NCBI GenBank assembly: GCA_943369355.1
Contig: CALRMX020000004.1
Location: forward strand, 347,654-379,653
Source of the DNA: Chitinophaga pinensis
GTDB taxonomy: Bacteria; Bacteroidota; Bacteroidia; UBA7662
Length of the DNA stretch: 32,000 bases
Direction of reading: 5' to 3'
Position 1 is the stretch's first letter. Each line of letters starts with the position of its first letter. Under the pieces are notes generated by a model that was not told where the DNA came from, did not search any database, and worked only from the letters and a program-made list of their open reading frames with translations. Positions 8,761 to 13,897 of the stretch are shown here, piece by piece. The translations under genes and the position numbers were made by a program.

Positions 8761-9059
8761 GAGATAAACCTAAGACAGCCATTTCTTTTTGCCAACCAAT
8801 CTTTGGAAGCAGCAATAGATGGATGCAAGATAAAGCCATTCTGGTGTGTTGGAGAATCAAGGTATGGCTTGCCTGGTCGGTCCAGGAATTCACAAGCGAT
8901 GCAAAAAGCAGCTTCATATTAGCCACATCATGCTAGCATAGTACCCTTTTAGCACTTAATGGCAAAATCATCTTTAACTAAATAATTTAGGTAAACAAAT
9001 AGTCGAAAAACTTACAGCAACACATGGAAAATTGCATTTTCAATCTATTTCAATCTATT

Positions 9060-10382
9060 TCAATGGTTTAAAAGCCAATTGATTCCGAGCTGTAAAGAAA
9101 GTGCACCTACTCTAAGTTCGTTTACACCTAAGGGTCGTAGGGGATGATAATAATTCAAAACTGCCTGCAATTCAATGTTTTGGTTCCACGCATAGGAAGT
9201 TCCCAAGCCAACATTAAGGTGGGAAAGGCTAATACCCTCTTTCCCTAATCGGGTTCGATTCACGAAATCCCTATCGGTATCCTCGAAATAATATTTGAAC
9301 GATTCGCTCAGAACTACATTACCTAAAACTCCTCCTGCTACCTGAAAACGCCACATACGGTAGTCTAATAGGGTATATCGGAGCTGCATTGGCACCAACA
9401 AATGTGATGACATCACACCTATTTCATCTGGTTCTGTTGTCAAATTTGAATATCCTGGGAAAAGCAACTTTTGCGATTGTGAAACCAACGAAAGGTCGTC
9501 AATCTCATTTTTTTGTAAGCCATATTGTACCCCAGCTTCTAGTTGCCAATGGTGCCAATCTAGCTGAAAGGCTCCACCAACAAAAGCACCATAACGCGTG
9601 TCAAAATTGGCATAATCAAATGGAGACAGACCACTAAATCTCGGTCCAGCCGAAAAAAATACACTGGGTTGGTTTCGTTTGCTGTCGTCCATTTTTAGCA
9701 AATCCTCGTCGTGATAGGCTTGCTCCAAACTGTCGATCGTCATGGTTGAGTTTTCTGCCGCTGAACTTGGAACCAGACTCTGACTTTCTACTTTGGACGT
9801 AGTACTGTCATTGGCCCCTTTGTGTTGGTTAGTCGTTAGAAAAGTTGTCAGCGTATCATCAGTGCTTGCTTCATGAGGCTTGTGCTGTAGTAGGTCAAGC
9901 GAATTTTGCTGAACGGATGCGCTATTGGTTTGATTAGAATCCAAAGTAACATTGGAAGGCATCTCGGCTGAAGAAGTTGGGTACTTGGGGTAATTGTTGG
10001 GTAAATTAATGATTTGGCCAATAGCGGCTATTTTATCAGAAGCCCCAGCTTGGGCCAAAGCTCTTTCGCGCACATACAATACTATCGTATCACGAATTAA
10101 AAGTGTGTCGCGTGTCACCACCGTGTGCTGCACCACTACTGTATCACGATTATCCGCAACTACGCTCAATTGTTGAACATTGCTTCCAAACCAAGACCAT
10201 GCAACACCAAAAAGAAGGCTGCTGAATAGGTAAGGCATCCACCACATCTTCCAAAATGCCCAGGTAGGTGCTGGAAAAGTATTGACATAACTTTTCCAAT
10301 ACGACTTTTTATACGGCACCTCGTAGTTCTCGAGCTGCTGACGGATTTTGTCTTCGAAAGATTCCTTCCCCATCATGCCCAT
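9060..10382 (-). CDS. Sigma-factor-linked membrane protein: N-terminal anti-sigma-like segment with one TM, a Ser/Thr/Asn/Gln-rich linker, and a C-terminal beta-barrel-like domain
   Basis: It overlaps the upstream ECF sigma gene; the alternative start ATG 10376 gives a classic ATGA overlap. The TM is WWMPYLFSSLLFGVAWSWFG. The C-terminal 190 aa show an alternating beta-strand pattern ending GINWLLNH. Confidence 0.6.
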   Translation of the reverse strand: MGMMGKESFEDKIRQQLENYEVPYKKSYWKSYVNTFPAPTWAFWKMWWMPYLFSSLLFGVAWSWFGSNVQQLSVVADNRDTVVVQHTVVTRDTLLIRDTIVLYVRERALAQAGASDKIAAIGQIINLPNNYPKYPTSSAEMPSNVTLDSNQTNSASVQQNSLDLLQHKPHEASTDDTLTTFLTTNQHKGANDSTTSKVESQSLVPSSAAENSTMTIDSLEQAYHDEDLLKMDDSKRNQPSVFFSAGPRFSGLSPFDYANFDTRYGAFVGGAFQLDWHHWQLEAGVQYGLQKNEIDDLSLVSQSQKLLFPGYSNLTTEPDEIGVMSSHLLVPMQLRYTLLDYRMWRFQVAGGVLGNVVLSESFKYYFEDTDRDFVNRTRLGKEGISLSHLNVGLGTSYAWNQNIELQAVLNYYHPLRPLGVNELRVGALSLQLGINWLLNH

Positions 10383-10942
10383 TTTTTAGATGACCTATAT
10401 TGCTCCAAAATCGACTGTTGGAGCTTCAGACGAGCTTTGTGATAATTTGACTTGGATGCCCCCTCGGTTATACCAAGCTGCGCTGCGATCTCTTTGTGCG
10501 AATAGCCGTCAATGGCAAAAAGTGAAAACACCAGTCGGTAGGCTGGACTCAACTGTTGAATCAAACGGATTAGCTCTTCTGCATGCAACCTGTCTAAGGT
10601 GTCGTTAATTTCTAATTCGAGCACATGTTCATCGTCTAGAAAGTCGGTTTCGGAGCTTATACGCTGCCGGAGATTGAAGTGATCGATGGCTGTATTCACC
10701 ACTATTCGACGCAACCATGTGGTGAATGCAAACGAGGGATCGTAGCTTTTTAGATAGTTAAACATCTTAAAAAAAGCCTCATTCACGATTTCCAAACTGT
10801 CGTCTCGGTCTGCGCCATAGCGCATAGCCACCGACATTGCATAAGGAAAGGCCATTTCGTATAGACGATTTTGTGCACGTCTACTGCCCGCAATGCATTT
10901 ATGTATGAGAGGAAGAAGGTCTTTACTTTCGTGCAGCTTCAT
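10373..10942 (-). CDS. ECF-subfamily RNA polymerase sigma-70 factor
   Basis: ORF 10373..10975; I prefer ATG 10942 (MKLHESKD...). Region 2 is FTTWLRRIVVNTAIDHF. The region 4 HTH is YSHKEIAAQLGITEGASKSNYHKARLKLQ. Confidence 0.9.
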   Translation of the reverse strand: MKLHESKDLLPLIHKCIAGSRRAQNRLYEMAFPYAMSVAMRYGADRDDSLEIVNEAFFKMFNYLKSYDPSFAFTTWLRRIVVNTAIDHFNLRQRISSETDFLDDEHVLELEINDTLDRLHAEELIRLIQQLSPAYRLVFSLFAIDGYSHKEIAAQLGITEGASKSNYHKARLKLQQSILEQYRSSKKWA

Positions 10943-11402
10943 GCTTGCGGCTTTACCTTTTGGGGGAAGGTCCAACAGCCTATACCTTCAAAATCACGAA
11001 AGGTTTCCTCGTGTCAGAAATTTATTTTTTGGCACCTCTCCAAAACAGCAAAATATCACCCCTTAAATCTCAGCAGGAAAGGAGCGTACTGCTGAAAAAA
11101 GACAAGCTTGTTGAAGCGTGCACAGCATTTGTATTAACCGCTTTTATCCTGATAAAACTTATGGCCATTATATCCTTGGATTTAAGACCAAAAAGATCAA
11201 CCCAATTACATGGATTCATCTAGACCGTTCTTCTAAATCAACGCCCCTTTGCAACTCTAGCGAGTAGACCTGCGGCTAATTGTATTTCACTCGACTTTGA
11301 ACCCATGTCATTAACCAGCCTGAACGCCGTACAACTATTTTTTATTACCAAGGCAACCAACAACGATTAACCTCCGTATAGGCCAGCAATAATCCAAACA
11401 CG

Positions 11403-12230
11403 ATGTTACGAAATTTAGTCTTTTCTCTTTTCATCACTTCGGCTTCGCTTCTAAGCTGCTCAAAAAGCGATAACCCTTTCCGTAATCGCGATGAATTCCG
11501 ATACCAGCCAATAGCCGTGTCTGAAGTACCCCAGCAAGTCCTTAGCCATGCAGTAGCTACTTTCCCCACCGCAACGTTGTTGAGCGTAGGTAAAAACATC
11601 CATCTGGGCTTTGAGCTAAATCTCAACAATAAGTGGGATATGTATTATAGTGCACAAGGTGAGTTTGTTTTTAAGAACAACGACGACGATTCTGATCAGG
11701 CCATTCCTATTTCCAACCTTCCGCAAACAATCGTCGACTACATCAATGCGAATTTCCCTGGCCGAACAATCGTTTGGGCAGAAATCGACGACGACGAATA
11801 TGAGGTATATCTCAGCGATGGTACCGAGGTGAATTTTGACCGCCGCGGTCGTTTTCTAGAAATTGACCGCGACCGCGATGCCATAAATCCAGCTAATTTG
11901 CCTCAGATCATCCTCAGCTACATCAGCACCAATTTTCCGAATAGCACCATCATCAAGGCTGAGTTAGACGATAACTTTTATGAGGTAGAGCTAAACAACG
12001 GCATAGAACTTTATTTTGATGCACAAGGCAATTTCTTAGGATTGCAGGTTGATGACCGTACCGTTGACGTCGCTGAATTGCCCACAAACATCACCATGTA
12101 CGTGGGCCAAAACTACCCGAACCTGAGCATCTTTTCGGCCGAAATCGACAATAATAGGTACGAGTTGGAATTGTCGAACGGCATTGAGTTGTATTTCGAC
12201 CTGAAAGGAAATTTCCTTTACGCAGATTAA
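11403..12230 (+). CDS. Lipoprotein with four PepSY-like (beta-lactamase-inhibitor-like) repeats
   Basis: Lipobox-like SLLSCSK. A module of about 55 aa recurs four times, LPxxIxxYIxxNFPxxTIxxAEIDDxxYEVxLSNGxELxFDxxGNFL. Confidence 0.8.
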   Translation: MLRNLVFSLFITSASLLSCSKSDNPFRNRDEFRYQPIAVSEVPQQVLSHAVATFPTATLLSVGKNIHLGFELNLNNKWDMYYSAQGEFVFKNNDDDSDQAIPISNLPQTIVDYINANFPGRTIVWAEIDDDEYEVYLSDGTEVNFDRRGRFLEIDRDRDAINPANLPQIILSYISTNFPNSTIIKAELDDNFYEVELNNGIELYFDAQGNFLGLQVDDRTVDVAELPTNITMYVGQNYPNLSIFSAEIDNNRYELELSNGIELYFDLKGNFLYAD

Positions 12231-12296
12231 ACGTGTTACCGTACCCCACCAGCTTGAATGTAACCAAATTTTGATCTTTAAACTTTGAACCATAAT

Positions 12297-12938
12297 ATGC
12301 AACGTATCTTTTTTCTTTTATTCACTATCGCCACTTTGTCGGCGCAGGCACAATCAGAAACCCAAACTCTGCTCGGCAAGGGCAAATTAAACAGTTGGGG
12401 GGTCATGATTAGTCCCTCCTTACAAGCAGCGAGCATTTACGGCGAAACAACACTATTCACTCAAATGAAGGCCGGAGTGGTGCTCAACGACAATTGGACC
12501 ATCGGCGGTTTTGGTGGTGTGACCCCGTTAGAACTTTATCCTGTTGGCTTGCAGTCGCAATTTGCCATTCCCACTGACTTTCGGCTCTACACCAGCGGCG
12601 GATTTATTGAGTACCACTTGCAACCGACCAAACTGCTGCATTTTGCTTTCCCTTTGTCCGTGGGCGGCATCCTGAACGACATGGACGACCGCGATTGGGG
12701 AGGCGGATTTGACCTCGATGACGATGGTGAAGACTTCCGCATTTTTGTTGAGCCAGGGGTCAATCTCGAGCTCAATCTGCATAAATATGCCCGTCTATAC
12801 GCCGGGATGAGCTATCGCTTTCATGGGGGCAGTATTTACTCCGAAGGTCTTGCCGTACCATTTACAGGCGACTATCTTCTGATTAATGCTGGATTGAAAT
12901 TCGGCGTATTTAACTTCAAAGACATTAAAAAGAAATAG
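12297..12938 (+). CDS. Signal-peptide protein, probable small outer-membrane beta-barrel
   Basis: ORF 12285 opens at TTG; ATG 12297 gives MQRIFFLLFTIATLSAQAQ. The sequence is Gly/aromatic-rich with alternating strands and ends GLKFGVFNF. Confidence 0.6.
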   Translation: MQRIFFLLFTIATLSAQAQSETQTLLGKGKLNSWGVMISPSLQAASIYGETTLFTQMKAGVVLNDNWTIGGFGGVTPLELYPVGLQSQFAIPTDFRLYTSGGFIEYHLQPTKLLHFAFPLSVGGILNDMDDRDWGGGFDLDDDGEDFRIFVEPGVNLELNLHKYARLYAGMSYRFHGGSIYSEGLAVPFTGDYLLINAGLKFGVFNFKDIKKK

Positions 12939-13063
12939 TACAAAGAAGAGGTTGTTTACACGAATAAAAACCTGGGTGAGCGAGCCATTATTTTTGACAT
13001 GACCCCAGTTCACTTTGAACTAAAATTTCATTGACTGGCACCTTATAAAACCCATTTGGAGAC

Positions 13064-13102
13064 CCTACAACTAAACCTCGCACCGCTATGCCGCGGTGCG
13101 GG
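13064..13102. repeat. Copy 1 of a perfect 39-nt hairpin-containing repeat
   Basis: cctacaactaaacctcgcaccgctatgccgcggtgcggg is identical letter for letter to 13180-13218. About 6 more upstream nt are partly conserved. Confidence 0.95.
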
Positions 13103-13110
13103 TTTTTTAT
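13077..13110 (+). terminator. Rho-independent terminator, probably for the 12297..12938 gene
   Basis: An 8-10 bp GC-rich stem (13079-13086 pairs with 13093-13100, extendable to 13077/13102), a 6-nt loop, then TTTTTT at 13103-13108. Confidence 0.75.
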
Positions 13111-13179
13111 TTGCTTCCACTCGCTTGCGGCAACAGGCCGCAGACTCGGGATTAGCTTCGCTGATCCCAATGAGGGGAT

Positions 13180-13218
13180 CCTACAACTAAACCTCGCACC
13201 GCTATGCCGCGGTGCGGG
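13180..13218. repeat. Copy 2 of the 39-nt hairpin repeat, fused to the tRNA-like gene
   Basis: Identical to 13064-13102. Its last 8 nt (13211-13218) supply the acceptor 3' strand and the first T-stem base of the minus-strand tRNA-like sequence. Confidence 0.95.
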
Positions 13219-13294
13219 AGGGATTCGAACCCCCGGTACCTTGCGGTACACTTGATTTCGAATCAAGCACATTCGACCACTCTGACACCTCTCC
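13210..13294 (-). tRNA. tRNA-Ser(CGA)-like gene with a long variable arm; acceptor and D stems are imperfect, so possibly a pseudogene or chimera
   Basis: The minus strand reads GGAGAGG TG TCA GAGTGGTCGAA TGT G CTTGA TTCGAAA TCAAG TGTACCGCAAGGTACC GGGGG TTCGAAT CCCTC CCGCACC G. The anticodon, variable and T arms pair well. The acceptor pairs only 5 of 7 (A3/A70 and A5/G68 are mismatched) and D-stem position 10-25 is T/T. No CCA is encoded. Confidence 0.55.
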
Positions 13295-13348
13295 AGGATC
13301 GGGGTGCAAATATATCAAGGAAGATTGGAATTCAATAAATGACGCTTA
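13276..13348. repeat. Direct repeat A (73 bp): GIY-YIG 3' end, -7 box and tRNA nt 1-19
   Basis: It matches 13654-13726 with one mismatch (13300 c versus 13678 t). Confidence 0.95.
13307..13314 (-). promoter_or_regulatory. Candidate -7 box TATATTTG for the tRNA-like gene
   Basis: On the minus strand TATATTTG lies 12 nt upstream of tRNA position 1. A TTG sits 18 nt further upstream. Confidence 0.5.
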
Positions 13349-13572
13349 ATCCAAGCCCTGCCCCAACCAGACTTTAAATAAGTCTCCCTTTTACGAGCTA
13401 AAGTTCTATTTGGGAATTCTTCGTAGTGTAAAAGCGTCCATGGCCCTTTACCTTTCGTCCAACGATGCTTGCCTTTTTCTTGGTTATGTTCTTTAAAGCG
13501 CCGGTTTAAATCGGATGTTTCACCGATGTAAAGCTGCTTTTCAACATTCACGAGTATGTAAACAAAATGCAT
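13315..13572 (-). CDS. Small GIY-YIG nuclease family protein (COG2827/YhbQ-like), 85 aa
   Basis: ORF 13315..13638; I prefer ATG 13572, because MHFVYILVNVEKQLYIGETSDLNRRFKEHN is the GIY-...-YIG-...-R..EH core placed at the N-terminus as in this family. Later comes PWTLLHYEEF...ARKRETYLKS. Confidence 0.85.
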   Translation of the reverse strand: MHFVYILVNVEKQLYIGETSDLNRRFKEHNQEKGKHRWTKGKGPWTLLHYEEFPNRTLARKRETYLKSGWGRAWIKRHLLNSNLP

Positions 13573-13594
13573 ATACAATTCTTGAATACATTCG

Positions 13595-13653
13595 CCACGT
13601 GACGCAGCTGGCTGCGTACGTGGTCGCGTTTGCCGCAAAACGGCAGCACGCGA
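13595..13653 (-). other. Two adjacent GC-rich stem-loops in the leader of the GIY-YIG ORF
   Basis: Hairpin 13595-13623 has 12 bp, one bulge and a 4-nt loop. Hairpin 13624-13653 has 6+5 bp, an internal loop and a 5-nt loop. They lie between the orphan tRNA 5' fragment and the ORF. Confidence 0.7.
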
Positions 13654-13726
13654 ACCACTCTGACACCTCTCCAGGATTGGGGTGCAAATATATCAAGGAA
13701 GATTGGAATTCAATAAATGACGCTTA
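13654..13726. repeat. Direct repeat B (73 bp): orphan copy of the GIY-YIG 3' end, -7 box and tRNA nt 1-19
   Basis: See repeat A. The coding remnant here is closed upstream by an in-frame TAG, so it is not part of a longer ORF. Confidence 0.95.
13685..13692 (-). promoter_or_regulatory. Second copy of the TATATTTG -7 box, positioned to drive the leader and GIY-YIG ORF
   Basis: Same octamer and spacing as 13307-13314, inside repeat B. Confidence 0.45.
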
Positions 13727-13897
13727 TTCACGAACTATACCTTTTGGCACTAAATCTAAAATCCCATTAAATTACTTTAATAATTCAGGAAAAAACGCAT
13801 CCAACAAGTTGTCAACCTAAAAATTTACTTGAAAGTTATGTAATATTGAGGCGCCGTGTTATCCACATGCGGCGTGTATAACCTCAACCGCTAAACT

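Larger units (their letters stand above)
13276..13726 (-). mobile_element. Possible GIY-YIG cassette or duplication junction bounded by 73-bp direct repeats
   Basis: The order is DR, 305 bp unique sequence (ORF body plus a two-hairpin leader), DR. See findings. Mobility is not demonstrated. Confidence 0.3.

Noticed and set aside
8645-8926. 93-aa minus-strand ORF overlapping the GSCFA gene's 5' end
   Set aside because: It overlaps the well-supported GSCFA start region in another frame and extends into intergenic sequence. It has no recognisable features.
9037-9064. Tandem 10-nt repeat caatctattt (2.4 copies) at the 3' end of the sigma-partner gene
   Set aside because: It is very short and AT-rich and probably arose by slippage. 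It has no hairpin or recognisable motif.
10945-11223. 92-aa and 74-aa + strand ORFs in the 460-bp divergent intergenic region between the sigma gene and the PepSY gene
   Set aside because: They have no signal, motif or plausible start context, and they overlap the sigma gene's 5' end and promoter region. The region may hold regulatory elements, but I could not identify a convincing ECF-type promoter or riboswitch by eye.
12988-13272. 94-aa minus-strand ORF
   Set aside because: It reads straight through the terminator hairpin, both 39-nt repeats and the tRNA-like body. It is Arg/Pro/Gly-rich nonsense translation of structured RNA sequence.
13064-13726. Possible CRISPR array, given the repeated hairpin-containing sequences
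   Set aside because: There are only two copies of each repeat, the repeats are of two unrelated kinds (39 nt and 73 nt), the spacing is irregular, one repeat contains coding and tRNA sequence, and no cas genes are nearby.
13276-13726. A group I intron with a GIY-YIG homing endonuclease inside the tRNA
   Set aside because: The break is in the D-loop, not the anticodon loop. The downstream part restarts at tRNA position 1 with its own promoter box instead of continuing from the break. I saw no P-helix-like intron core.
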